A stretch of 64,000 bases of DNA from Candidatus Hadarchaeota archaeon (GTDB taxonomy: Archaea > CAYQAE01 > CAYVLA01): contig CAZUNO010000003.1 of NCBI GenBank assembly GCA_964621445.1, positions 138,306 to 202,305 of the forward strand, in the 5' to 3' direction. The stretch's first letter is position 1. Each line of letters starts with the position of its first letter. Below are positions 27,017 through 39,200 of this stretch, piece by piece. The position numbers and the translations under genes are program-made. Under the pieces are notes generated by a model. That model had not been told where the DNA came from. It saw only the letters and a list, made by a program, of their open reading frames with translations, and did no database searches.

Positions 27017-29939
27017 TTGAAGCTGGCCTTGCCTTGGCATTTTGGATGGGCGATGGCCGGTTTGGTCTCCTTGACCATGGTGGTCCTGGTGTCTTCGGCC
27101 CAATGTTCAGGAGGAGGTTTGCCAGAATTGGAACTATACGTTTCCAAACAGGGGGATGACTCTTGGTCGGGCTCCCTTCCCGAGCCCAATGCGGAGGGAA
27201 ATGATGGCCCCTTGGCAACCCTTGGACGGGCCCAGGCCGCGGTTCGGGAGGCCCGGGCCCAGGAGGACCGTCCGGTAAAGGTCATCATACGGGGTGGCAC
27301 CTATCAGCTTACAAAGGCACTCACCTTCACCCCGGAAGATGGGGGCTCGGAAGATTCTCCGGTAACGTATGAAGCATACCCGGGGGAGGAGCCAATATTC
27401 TCAGGTGGCAGCGAGATCGGAGGTTGGGAGAAGGGAAATGGCTCCGTATGGAGGACACGGGTACCTGAAGTTGAGAGCGGGGACTGGTATTTTCACCAGC
27501 TTTTTGTGCAAGGAAACCGCGAAACTCGGGCAAGGACGCCAAATAAGGGCTACCTCAATATCGCCGATACCCTGAAACCACTTCTGGATCGGGATAAGGC
27601 ACTTCGAGAGAGAGGATACAAGATAGGTTTTCAGTACAGGGACCAGGACATAGAACACTGGGAGGGCATCGAGGACGTTAACATCTTTCTTTACCATTCC
27701 TGGACCTGTTCGGTACACTGGATAGATAGTCTAAACCAGGAAAACCGGACCGTACGTTTCACAAATCCTTCCTCGAAACCGGTGGGTTACTGGGACCCGG
27801 AGCAGCGCTATCACCTGGAGAACTATCTGGAGGCCCTTGACGCTCCCGGCGAGTGGTACCTGGATCGTAAGACCGGTGTCCTGCACTACTGGCCTCCTGA
27901 TGGCAGGGACCCCAACGACTTGGAGATCGTGGCTCCCCGACTCCGCCACCTGGTCAGGATTCAGGGAGATCTATCCCAGGGTCGGACAGTGGACCACCTG
28001 GTGTTCCGCGGTCTTTCATTCCAACATGCTGACTGGGAGCTGGACAGGGAGAGACGGGCCGACGGCCAGGCAGCTACCTTCCTCTCTGCAGCGGTTGTGG
28101 CTACCGGTGCCCGTAACTGCCTCTTCGAGGATTGTGAGATCTCCCATGTGGGCGAGTACGGTTTAATCCTGGGAGAGGGCTGCAAGCTCAACAAGGTGGT
28201 CAAGTGTGAGTTCCATGACCTGGGAGGCGGCGGGATTCGTATGGGGACTACCGGACTTCCCCAGGACCCGGAGAGGCAGACCGATCACAACACCGTCGAT
28301 AACTGCTTCATCCATTCAGGGGGTCACGTGTTCAGGGCGGGAATAGGTGTTTGGATAGGCAAGAGCAGCTATAATAACGTGACCCATAATGAGATCTGCG
28401 ATTTCTATTACTCTGGATGCTCGGTTGGCTGGAGCTGGGGGTATGACCCGACCTCGGCCCACCACAATATCCTGGAGTACAATCACATCCACCATCTTGG
28501 CAAGGGCGTTCTCAGCGATATGGGCGGAATATATACTCTGGGGATATCCCCCGGGACCAGGGAGAGATTCAACCTCATCCATGACATCTATTCCTATACC
28601 TATGGTGGCTGGGGGCTGTATACCGATGAGGGCAGCTCCAATATTACACTGGAGGGAAATATCGTGTACAACACCAAGAGCGGGAGCTTCCACCAGCACT
28701 ATGGTTGTTGTAATCAACTGCGTAACAATATTCTCGGTCCCGCCCTCGACTCCACCATCCGGCGTTCCCGGCAGGAGGACCACATATCCTTTACCATGGA
28801 GAAAAACATCATCGTCAGCAGGGAGGGCAAGGTTCTGGGGGGATTCATGGGATAATCGGAAATATCGTATGGATTACAACCTGTACTGGGATGTATATGG
28901 AATTCTAGGAGAGGACATGGATTTTGGAGGCATCGGCTTCGAGGAGTGGCAGGAACCGGGAAGGGATTACCACTCCCTGGTGGCTGACCCCATGTTCGTT
29001 GATCCAGGAAACCACGACTACAGGTTGAATGAGCAATCCCCGGCCCTGACCATGGGTTTTGAGCCCATTGATGTCGAAAAGATCGGTCTTTACAGCGAGG
29101 AGAGTTGGGTTCAGGCCCCCGAGGCCGTTTCCAGGGAGCCCGTATTCGGGTTCTCTCCTCCCTTGCTCAGGGAGGGTCCCGTCTCCCACCCAGAAAACCT
29201 TTCGAAAAGTGACATGTGGATCATCAAGTACGATCCTGAAAAGGGAAGGGGTACGATTCCTCGGGACACCGAGGAATGCGCCCTGGTCTGGACCATAGAC
29301 GGGGGGAGGTACCCGTCCACCACGCCTCCGGGAAGCCAGGAGGTTAACGGGAGCTGCGAGAGCCCGATGAAGAGGGGCCTGGACGGTAGGTGGTACCTTA
29401 TAATACCCGAACAGAAGCTTGGGGCCATATCCCTGAGCTTCAGGGATGGAGTCAGAGGGGAGAACTGGGACGATAACCGGGGAGAGAGGTGGTGGATCAC
29501 ATCCAGCGATTACGTTCACAGCTTACTAGTAGAATTCGACCGGGTTATAGCCAATGGATCCAAATACGGGGCAGACATGTCCTCGTTTGAGGGCGCGGCC
29601 TCGGAAGCCTGGGAGGACTATAGATCCGGTGAATACGGGAAGGCCATGAATCACCTGAGCGGCGAGGTTAACCGGGCCTGGATCCGGTACACGGACCGGT
29701 TGCTCGAATTCACAGCTAGTGAGCTGGAGTCAATTCGCTCCACCGGGGTAAACCTGGGCAGGGAGGAACGCCTCCTGTACCTGGCGGAGCTGATGAAGGG
29801 ACAGGGAAAGTTCGGTGTTGCCGAGGGTTACTGCAAGAATGTTCTCTCGGAACTCTTGGAGATAAGGGATATGATACCTGAGGGTGCATTATTCTTGGCA
29901 TTCATAACCCTACTTGTGGCCCGGAGGTTGATCAATTGA
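27017..29939 (+). pseudogene. Secreted right-handed beta-helix glycan-active protein split by a +1 frameshift at G6 (28837-28842); possibly an intact gene with a sequencing error
   Basis: YVS..G.D.W.G, DMGGIYTLG, YGGWGLYTDEGSS; removing one G joins KVLG to DSWDNRKY..SLVADPMFVDP; C-terminal IPE plus TM. Confidence 0.75.
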
Positions 29940-29944
29940 GGCCT

Positions 29945-30898
29945 TTAGAAAGGATGGCGGTTATTGAGCCCGCCCATTATTTCCAGTTTTATCTCGGGCT
30001 TCCGGATGATGAGTTTTCGGACATACTGCTGGGGTACGTCCCCTCCCGATACTGCGGGCACTCCCAGATACTTCGTTTCGAAGGTTTTGACTCCTCCCCG
30101 CATGGTATTCACCGGTTTCTGATAATCTACCTCACTGAGGCTTTGCCCGAAGAGCTTCAATCCCTTGGTATAGTAGTGAATGTACCACACTCCTCCCCCG
30201 ATGTCCATGCGCACACCCCCCAATAGGAAGTGCTTGAAAGCTACGGTATTTTCATCGATATGGAAGGTACCGTCCTGCTGGGTTACCGTTAATCCCCACT
30301 GCCTAATACCGGATTTATAACCGCCTATCTACTCCGGTATTTTGAGCTCGGGGTATTTGTGGTACAGATCGACATGGATTATAAGCCCCTCGATGGGAGG
30401 GCTCACCTTTCCCTCTATTTTTATTTCTCCTGGGTTGGTATAGGTGTTTGGCTTCGGCTCGGTTATCGAGATCTGGACCTTGCTCCGGCTCAATTCCAAT
30501 TTGGCGGTTGCCTTGAGCCCATCGCCTGAGGCCGTTATCTCTATCTCTCGAGTACCTAGGTCACTGCTCCTGCGGATCTTTACCGCCGCCTGGGCCCTGA
30601 AAGGTGGGACTTTTCTTCTCGGCTTGATCTCGCTTCTGCTCAGATACACCCCTTCGCCGCAGGAGAGGGAAATGCTTGCCGCCCCGGGGATATCACCCTC
30701 CGCGATGATCTCAAACTCCTGGGTGATGTATGGTCTGTCCGGGTCCCGGCTCAGGTCGCTGAGGTCCAGATTTACCTCGCTTGGTTTCACACTCACTGAT
30801 AGCTCCTGCCCGGACACTACTGATAGTGAGAGTACTAAGGCGAGGCACAGCAAGAGGTATTGGAGTGAACCCGAGGGTGGATCTATGGGTGAGGCCAT
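29945..30898 (-). pseudogene. Secreted Ig-like protein with one in-frame TAG (30329-30331)
   Basis: ORFs 30329..30898 and 29945..30223 share a frame, with open sequence (IGGYKSG..TVTQQDGTF) between them. Confidence 0.55.
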
Positions 30899-30986
30899 GG
30901 TACATTAAGATGGGAAGATCGAATATATACACTATGTATGGTTGAGCATGGGATAATCCTATAAAGCAAGTTGATGTAGTGAGAAC

Positions 30987-32099
30987 ATGGAACTGTTTGT
31001 AGGCGATGAGTCCATCAAGAGGGCAATAAGGGAGAGCATTGCCTACGGTCAACCCGTTAGGGACATCTCTATTCTGGGTGAAGAGCTAGAGCCCGCCTCA
31101 ACCGAGATTGACCCCCACTCGGGGGACAATGCCTGCATGCTAAGCGGGGGAGTTGACTCGAGCTTGGTGGCATGTATGTTGGCCGAGGTGGGCGAAGTGA
31201 CCGCCTATACCCTGACCTTTGGAAAGGAAACCGATGAGGCCGTTTATGCAAAAAAGGTGGCGGAAATACTTGGAATCGAGCACGTGGAAATCAGGAATAC
31301 CACCGAGGAATTCATAGGCAATTATGAGGAAATTTCTACCTTCCAACCTCATGCGAGGCCAGCATACTGGGCAGTAATGGGGGCCGTGAAGGAGGACGGG
31401 TATGATAAACTTTACTCCGGCGAGGGGGGAGACGAGCTCTTCCTGGGATACGTCACGAGATATGAGAGAATCAGGCGTTATCAGAGATGGAAAGCGGTCA
31501 GACCCTTACTGGGACTGGGGACTTTTCTTCCCGGCAAGTATGGTAGATACGCGTGGATCATGAGCAGGAGGACATGGGCGGAGTTCATGGCAGCAAATGA
31601 CACTAAGGTGAAGGACATGTATTACCCGGAGGGTTTCAAGGAACTATGGCATCAGGACTGCATCGTGTCCAGTATGAGATGGGACTACCTGAAGCTGAGA
31701 CACTATGTGGACACCATCAACCGTATGAGCAGAGAAAGCGGGGTAAAGGCGGTGTTCCCCATCATGGCCAATGAATTCTTGCCAGAGAAATGGCGAGAGT
31801 ATAGATGGAAGGAGCATTGTGGAAAGAAGCCCCTAGTTAGGAGGCTGAAGGAATATAGCCCGGAGATAGCCAAGATAGCCACCCGCGAAAAACAGGGATT
31901 CCGCCCCCCAGGGATAAGGGAGAGGTGGAGAGCCGGCATGGGTCAAAGGATAATGTCCGATCTACGCGACTCGCCCATAAGGTCTCTTGCAAGTAGGGAA
32001 CTAGATCTGGCTATAGAAAAAGGCCCGGATAACGACATGCAAAGACGAGCACTCACCGAGATGTATACCATAAATAGATTCCTTACCCACCGGGGTTAA
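30987..32099 (+). CDS. Asparagine-synthetase-like ATP pyrophosphatase domain protein lacking the glutaminase domain
   Basis: LSGGVDSS, SGEGGDELFLGY, KQGF; no N-terminal Cys-Gly. Confidence 0.8.
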   Translation: MELFVGDESIKRAIRESIAYGQPVRDISILGEELEPASTEIDPHSGDNACMLSGGVDSSLVACMLAEVGEVTAYTLTFGKETDEAVYAKKVAEILGIEHVEIRNTTEEFIGNYEEISTFQPHARPAYWAVMGAVKEDGYDKLYSGEGGDELFLGYVTRYERIRRYQRWKAVRPLLGLGTFLPGKYGRYAWIMSRRTWAEFMAANDTKVKDMYYPEGFKELWHQDCIVSSMRWDYLKLRHYVDTINRMSRESGVKAVFPIMANEFLPEKWREYRWKEHCGKKPLVRRLKEYSPEIAKIATREKQGFRPPGIRERWRAGMGQRIMSDLRDSPIRSLASRELDLAIEKGPDNDMQRRALTEMYTINRFLTHRG

Positions 32100-32134
32100 G
32101 CCTTTTCCGTGTTCTCTTCTGGATTGGTAAATTC

Positions 32135-32683
32135 TCAGGCAAAGGCCTTGAACATTTCCTTGCGGGCCTTGCATATTGGACATGTGTCGGGAGCCTCGCC
32201 TTCCACGGTGAATCCGCACCCCTCGCAAACCTGGATGGGTCCTATGTCGAGGTCTTTTCCCTCCTCGACGGCCTCTTTCGCCCGTTTGTAAAGGACGAGA
32301 TGGATCTTCTCCACCTTGAATGCCCACTCCATGCCCCCGGCTGCCGCGTCCTCTCCCTGGAACCTGGCGGCGTCGATATAGACCGGGTACATCTCCTCGA
32401 CCTCAAAGGTCTCCCCCTCTATGGCAATATCGAGGTTCTTGGAGGTATCGCCTGGACCGAATCCTGCTCCCGAGACCACCGAATAAGAGTCCTTAAGATG
32501 GCCCAGGTTATGGAAGTGAAGTCCGGCGTGGACCTTCTCGGCGTGGCTGATTGCCTTGAACAGCCGGGCCACATTTGGTAATTCCTCTTCAGCAGCTATA
32601 TCAGAGAACAGCAGGTAACGCATGTGGGCCTGGCTTTCCCCACCAAATGCACTCATGAGGTTTGTCTGGGTCATGGCCTTCAT
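32135..32683 (-). CDS. rbr: Rubrerythrin
   Basis: AFGGESQA, AEKVHA, GETFE..MYP, EKIH, C-terminal CEGCG..CPIC. Confidence 0.93.
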   Translation of the reverse strand: MKAMTQTNLMSAFGGESQAHMRYLLFSDIAAEEELPNVARLFKAISHAEKVHAGLHFHNLGHLKDSYSVVSGAGFGPGDTSKNLDIAIEGETFEVEEMYPVYIDAARFQGEDAAAGGMEWAFKVEKIHLVLYKRAKEAVEEGKDLDIGPIQVCEGCGFTVEGEAPDTCPICKARKEMFKAFA

Positions 32684-33232
32684 TTTGATCGCTATCCGGG
32701 CAGAGAGTGATTGCTATTAAAGTTGACAAAAGGAAACTTCCTTGTCACATTATTGACATCCTTTTGGATTCTTACCGGCTTTCATGCGCACGCCTGGCTA
32801 TGTTTGGCCTGGTAGAAATTCGAGTGAGATGCTTGTAGTGTTCTGATGTCAGATATTGGAATCCTCCAAAGTGACGGGGGCCCTGCTTTCCATAAACCAA
32901 TCGATGCTGGAGAGCCTTCGGTCCCCACCTGTCGACAAGCTCGAGCGTATCATAGGTGACACCGCCGATGCGATGTCGCGCGTTCGAGAAGGTTAAGGAA
33001 ACTTCGACAGTGGCGTCATCGATATGAATCGGAAAGGATGGTTGGGACCATTTCTAATACCTGTCATAGGGCCTCGCGTCGGAGGTCCAGTACTTTGTTA
33101 CACATCGGTGCTCTTGGAGTGCTTTCTCGAGGATCATTCTGTTAGAATCAAACCTGATAACCGGCGGATGGCTAGAGGTCCTAGTTACCCGTCAAACATC
33201 GGGCATTGGAAACCAATTGGTGGCTTCTTGGT

Positions 33233-36200
33233 CTAAGCCTTTTCGTTAGTTCTTCCGACTCTTATGATCGTTCTTTGGAGGGCCCAACCTGAACCCAGGA
33301 GAAGCAGCAGCACGGCGGCGGGTTCCGGCACCGGGGTCCACACTACGGGCTCGGTGGATACTCCATCATGAGAAACGTACATTACGATCGATGATATATC
33401 GGATAGAAGGAACGAGCAGGTTTCTCCCAGTTCGATGAGTCCCCCGGGAGATAGGGTCTCAAACCCTTTGGCCTCCCGCCAGACCGTGTTGCCCGATTTG
33501 TCCCGGGCTATGAACACCCCGCTGCCGGATAATTCGGTCCGCCCGGTATTTTGAACGGTAATGGACATGCCTGAAATATTTCCGTTCCCCGTCTCAACTT
33601 CATGTTCCGTTAGCTCGCAGGATGGAAGGCCCACCTGGAGGTCCGCGGTTCTTCGATCAAACACCTGACCCTCCAAATTCTTTATTTCAGCCTCAACGTA
33701 GTAATGCCCGGGCTCGACCTGGGGGTGCCAGGTTAGGCCGCAGGATGCAGGTCCCTTAAGGTTACTGAGTGTCTGGAGAAGAAGACCTTCTACTAGATCC
33801 CCGTTTTCGATTCGTCTGATGCAGATATCGGTAACCAGGTCCAGGGCGTATCCGGAGTTCTGGATAGAGATCTCCACGTCCACGCTCTCCCCAATATCGT
33901 ATTGGGCCCTGTCCGTATCCAGAGTTATTATTGAGACATCCGATTGGGTATAATCGACCTCGAATGTGAAGGTGGACCAGACCATGGATTCCCCGGTTGA
34001 GGGGTCGTACTGGAAGGGAAACACCTGCAGGACCAGTTCGCTAGCTCCGTCCGGTTTCTCGATCTCTGTCCATCGATAGTCCGACCCAGGATACCATCCC
34101 CCTTCAGCCAAAGTGGAATCGCTGCCAATCCCGCCTCTGAAGTCATTCGTCGTCAGGGGTAGATGGAGACCGGACTGTCTAGTAAGTCCGGTTTTTTCGG
34201 TGAGCTCGACGCTCTGTACCTTTGTTCGGACCGGGCAGGAGAAGGACTGGACGTAATATGGTATCTGGGGCCTGTCCCTTTCCATATAAGTCCAACCGCC
34301 GGGGATATCAACATGATCGAAGCCCTCAAGCTCGGTAACCGTGTATTGAGGAACGGTCACAACCAGTTCGGGTGAGAGGGTCTCCCCGCCTTCCCTGGAA
34401 TTTGAGGAAAGGGAGGGGACGGCACCGAACTTCGGGTCCCCGTATATATTGTACTCCCAGGCGAAGAGATTGCCGTATTTGTCAGTCCCGTACCTGTTCC
34501 GCTCGGTTTCGAGGAAGGCCTTGCCGATGGATTCTGTTGTGTCCCAGTTGTTGAAGATGTGGTTACCCGCCTTGGAATCCTGTTTCATGGGGGCGAGCTG
34601 GGTTGAACCAATATACACGACTGCTCCTGAGTTCAGGAAACCTTCGGCTATATTGTAATCATCACCTGATTCGTAGTTCCCGGTCAGGCAGGATAGGGCG
34701 ATGACCGCGGGCGATGCTTGCCCGAAATCCAGGGGGAAATCGTTAGGGTTGCTCCACGAGGAGGAGCTGGTTTTAAGTCCACACTGGATATCGTCCCATT
34801 CATCCAGGTTTCCGTGACCTCTGAAGCAGATCAAATCCTGGTCAAGGATGCTTTGTTTGAAGGCGGATGCCTTCTGGTCGTGGGTGGAGTACCACTTTAA
34901 ATGAAGTTCGGAGGCGGTAAGTCCCTTGCCCTTCAGTACCTTGACCAAGTTCGTGACATCATTGACGAAGGTCCCCTGTTTGTATCCGGTTCCACTCACC
35001 AGCAGGGCGTGGGATCGATCGTAGCTAGACCCTCCCTGGCCGAGGTGGACGTATATGCTGTGATTTATGGTGGCCGTAAGCTCCTCCAGGGTGTTCCCGA
35101 TTACCCTGCCAACTATGAGATCCGGTACGCCGTTACCGGTGGTGTCGGAGTAGGGATGGTCGCTCAGCGGGACATCCTTGGTATTTGGGGCGTTGTTCCA
35201 TTCTATATCGAAGCCGTATTGGTGCCATGACGGTACCAGTTCGGTCTCACCGACGATGAGCAGGTAGCCATGCCCCAGTTTTGAGAAGGAGGGGCTGAGC
35301 TTCTTGTTCCAGGCCCCCTGGGAACCGATGACCTTGTCAAAAGCGGAGGCGCTGTTGGTGTCCAGGTATCCCAAAGTTCCATGTTTCAACATGGCCAGTC
35401 TTGCCATGGTGCTGAGAAGGTTCTGCGCGTCCTGCTTGTTATAGTAGTAAATTGCCCTGAAGGGGTTGGTCACAATCAGGTAATTGGAGGCCTCAAGAGC
35501 CTTATCATAGGCGGCTTGTAAGGTCTGCCCCCCTGTGGTATACTTTACCGAGCTCCAGGTTGAGCTGTGCTCGCTTCCCTTTAGTGACTCGTACCATAAT
35601 TTGAGCTTGCCGATCTCTGGGGTCGGTTGATTGCTCTGTAGCATGACGGGGACGGCCTTGTAGGTGAAGGTTCGAGATTTCCCAACGTCTATATCATCCT
35701 CAACAAGGATTAGGCAGTACCACCACTTTGCCGACGGATTGTATTCGGCGAGGATGTCGGCGGTTGAGCTGTTGCTGGAGATGGGCTGGAGCAGCCTAAG
35801 GTAATCCTGGAGGATGATCCCTGTTGCGTTGCCCTTGCCGACGTTCTTCACGGTTATCTTCATGGTGAAAACGTTCTGGTTTCTGGTTAGCTCCCTTGAG
35901 GTAACCACCAGCTTTGGCTCCATCTTTGGCGTGGCAGGGAGCAGTATGTCCAAAGTATCCAATCCCATCTTTAGGTCGACATCGTATGCCATGATCCCGA
36001 TGCGGTATTCCTTTCCCTTGGGCACCGGTTTTATGTACCATTTGAACTCTATGTTTGCCGTTTTTGGGTTGGAGGGGAACCCCTCAGTCTGGATGAGATT
36101 CCCGTCGACATACACCTGGGCGGTGCTCAGCCCATTTTGATCTGAGATATCTGCCCAAACCGTAAGGTATTCCTCGGAGCGAGTCCATGAGCAAATTGAA

Positions 36201-39200
36201 ACATAGGGGGCGGTGGGATCTGGTGTGTTCTTGGCCCGGACCTTGGCGGAGTCCTCTGCTGCTTTCCCGTATCCATCGTAAGCCTTCGCGGTTATGGTGT
36301 AATTACCATCGAGGAATCTAGGGGTGTCAAAGGGCCAGCGATAGGGTGGAGAGTAGTCGGTGAAAGTCTGGACGCCGTCTACGTAGAACTCCACCTTCTC
36401 CACGCCCACGTTGTCCGTGGCCTCGGCGAGGACCGTTTTGGTTCCATTCAAGGTACCCTCGAGTGGGAGAAGTTCTATTAAGGGTTCCTCGTTATCTGGG
36501 ATGGGAAGAGTTGAGAAAAGCCCTGCCTCCGAGGCGGTATTTCCATCCACATCCATGGATATGGCCAGGAAATGGTAGGTGGTAGAGGGTTCAAGACCGG
36601 TAAGGTTTATGGAATGGATCTTGTTATTTCCCCTGTGGGATTCCGAGTAACCATAAATCCTGGAGACGGTATCGTATCTCACGGTGCCGTTGGCCGATTC
36701 ATCGGTGACCCACTCCACTATGGCCCAGTTCGTTTCACATTTCACCGAGGGACCGCTTGTGAACCTTGGTGGGGTATTTGAATCCCCGATAGGTACAAAG
36801 GTGGCCTTGAGAGAATAGTTACCATATACCGTAAAGGTGGTGTCGGGGGACTCGACGTTTTCCACGGTGTCGACATCGCCGGTCCATAAAGAGAACTCGT
36901 GGTCCTGTGAGGGAGAGGCCGACAGGGAAACGTTTTCCCCGCTATCGAAGGTTAAGTTCCCGGTGCCAGGTGAGGAAACGGTGCCGTTGGGACATGTTTC
37001 TATCTGAACCACGTGCCGGGCTTCCTTGGTTGCACAGAAACCGTAAGTTTCGCCGGGAGAAACCCTTACGCCGGCCATCGCAGCCTTGGTCTGGGTGAAG
37101 AGGTACCCCTCATACTTCTCGAGGATCCCCACCAGGATGCCTCCGGAGAAATCGATGTATAGCTCGATCTTGTGGTCCGGGCCCCAGGATTGGGGCATGG
37201 GATGGGATGGAGTCCTGACATACCCCCATGCGTTGAAGCTTTCCCCATCGGGGGTCGTGTATCTACCTTCCACGTTGGGACCGGTTGAATATGATGCCGT
37301 GCTGGGCCAGAGTTCCAGGGTGCCTTGTACCCCGTTTACGGTAAAGTCATAGGTTCCCAGGAAATCAGAAAGAACGATGGTTCCCGGAGCCCCCGTTTCA
37401 TATGAGATCTCCTGGTTCTTGAGCGCATAGAATCCGTAGGGGGTTCCATGCCACCAGGTCTTGCCGGCCATGCCGTCCAGGGTCTGGGTGAAGAGATAGG
37501 CCTCGAAGACCTGGTCGTCTCCGGCGGAGGGGGTGTCCTGGAAATCGAGCTTGAACTGGAACTGGAACTTGTGGTCTGGTCCCCAGGAAGGTGAAAGCCT
37601 GTATTTCCAGGTGTTCATCCTTCCCTGCACGTCATGGGTTTTTCCATCGGAGGCCGTGTAGTTGCCCTTGATGTTGGGAGTGCCCTCTATCGCGTCGCCA
37701 TTTGCCTCCCATAGATCTAGATTTCCGAGCCATCCATCGTGGACCATGCTCCAGTTCCCGATGGCGTCCTTCCTCTGGGTTGGGGATATCCCGCCTATGC
37801 GCAGGGAGGGGTCCCCGAAAAGCTGGAACTTCTGCGCGTGGTGGTAGTAGGCCTGCGATCTCCAAGTTGAGGTCCACAGAGGGTTGATGCCGAAATCCTC
37901 CTGTATGTACTCATAGAGCGCTCGATTCCATATATCACCCATGATGGCCGGTTTGCTGGAGTAGGTATATGCCTCGAAGAAGTGCCTATCGAGGGTTAAT
38001 CCCGCCGGCTGTGAGCCCGTGTAGCAGCCTATGTAGCCTATGGCCCCCACATCTCGTTTCACAAGGAAGAACTCGGCCAGGGAATCCGAGTCGTAGTTTC
38101 TGGTTGCGTTCCTCTGGATGGCCGCGGGAACGGGGGGATCGACTGCGTTGGGGTTCTTGGGCCAGCATCGGCTGTCGTTCCATCCACAGCAGGGAGGACA
38201 CTCGACGGAGGGGTCGAATTCCTTTCCATTCACGTCAAGATGCTTGCCTTGGTAGTGGAAGTGTGCGGTGCTGCATGCCGCGGCAAACACCACTGGCAGC
38301 CGGTCCGCGTTGTCTAGCTTTACCGGGAAGGAGACGTACACATCGCCGCGCTGGGTTCCGTTTCTTTCGTCTCCCACGAAATTTACGATGCCCGAGGTGT
38401 TTCCCCACCTGAAATTTCCGGTAAGTGGGGTTTCATTACCCGCGCAGAAATTCGTGGTCCAGGTGCGGGCGGGCTGGAACTTAGACCCTGAGGATAGAGA
38501 CACCCAGACCTTTCCGGCTTCTTTTCTGGTGAAGGCTATGATATCGTCACTGCCATCGCCGTTGAAGTCACCGACCCCTGGCTCCTGGGACGGGTAGCAG
38601 AAGTTGCCGTGCCATAGGTCTGGAGACCCGAATTTGGTGCCGGTGGAGAGGGCAACGTGAACGTTGGCCGCTGACCGCTTGAAGGTGATGATGTCGTCCT
38701 TTCCGTCGCCGTCGAAGTCGCCTATCATGGGGATCTCGCTCCCCCAGGAGAAGCTCCCGTGCCAGAGCTTCCCTGGTAGGAAGGAGGTTCCGTTGGAGAG
38801 AGATACGTACACGTCGTTGGCGGCTGAACCCGACTTGGTGCCCTTGATGAAGGTGATGATGTCGTCCTTCCCGTCGCCGTTGAAGTCCCCGACCTCCGGC
38901 CACTCTCCCGGGAGGCAGAAGTAGTTCTGCCATTTCTGCTGGGTTCCGAAGCTCGAGCCCGTGGAGAGGGCCACGTGGACCTCGGATACATTTCTGTGGA
39001 AGCAGGCTATGTCGTCCTTCCCGTCGCCGTTGAAGTCCCCGACTCTTGGTATCTCGCCCCCCGGACAGAGGTTCCCGTGCCAGATTTGACCGGGACCGAA
39101 GTTGGACCCGGTCGAGATTGCGACGTATACATCACCCTGGGCGGAGCCCTTACCCGAGTCCCTAAGGAAACAGGCGATATCATCCCTACCATCCCCGCTG

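Noticed and set aside
2092-30331. Genome-wide TAG recoding (e.g. pyrrolysine), suggested by in-frame TAGs at 17409 and 30329
   Set aside because: mptG, mfnD, cofC and the PUA gene end at TAG at family-typical C-termini or at operon overlaps, and there are no pyl genes in the window.
32700-33230. Possible ORFs between rubrerythrin and the giant protease
   Set aside because: No recognisable motif or consistent frame.
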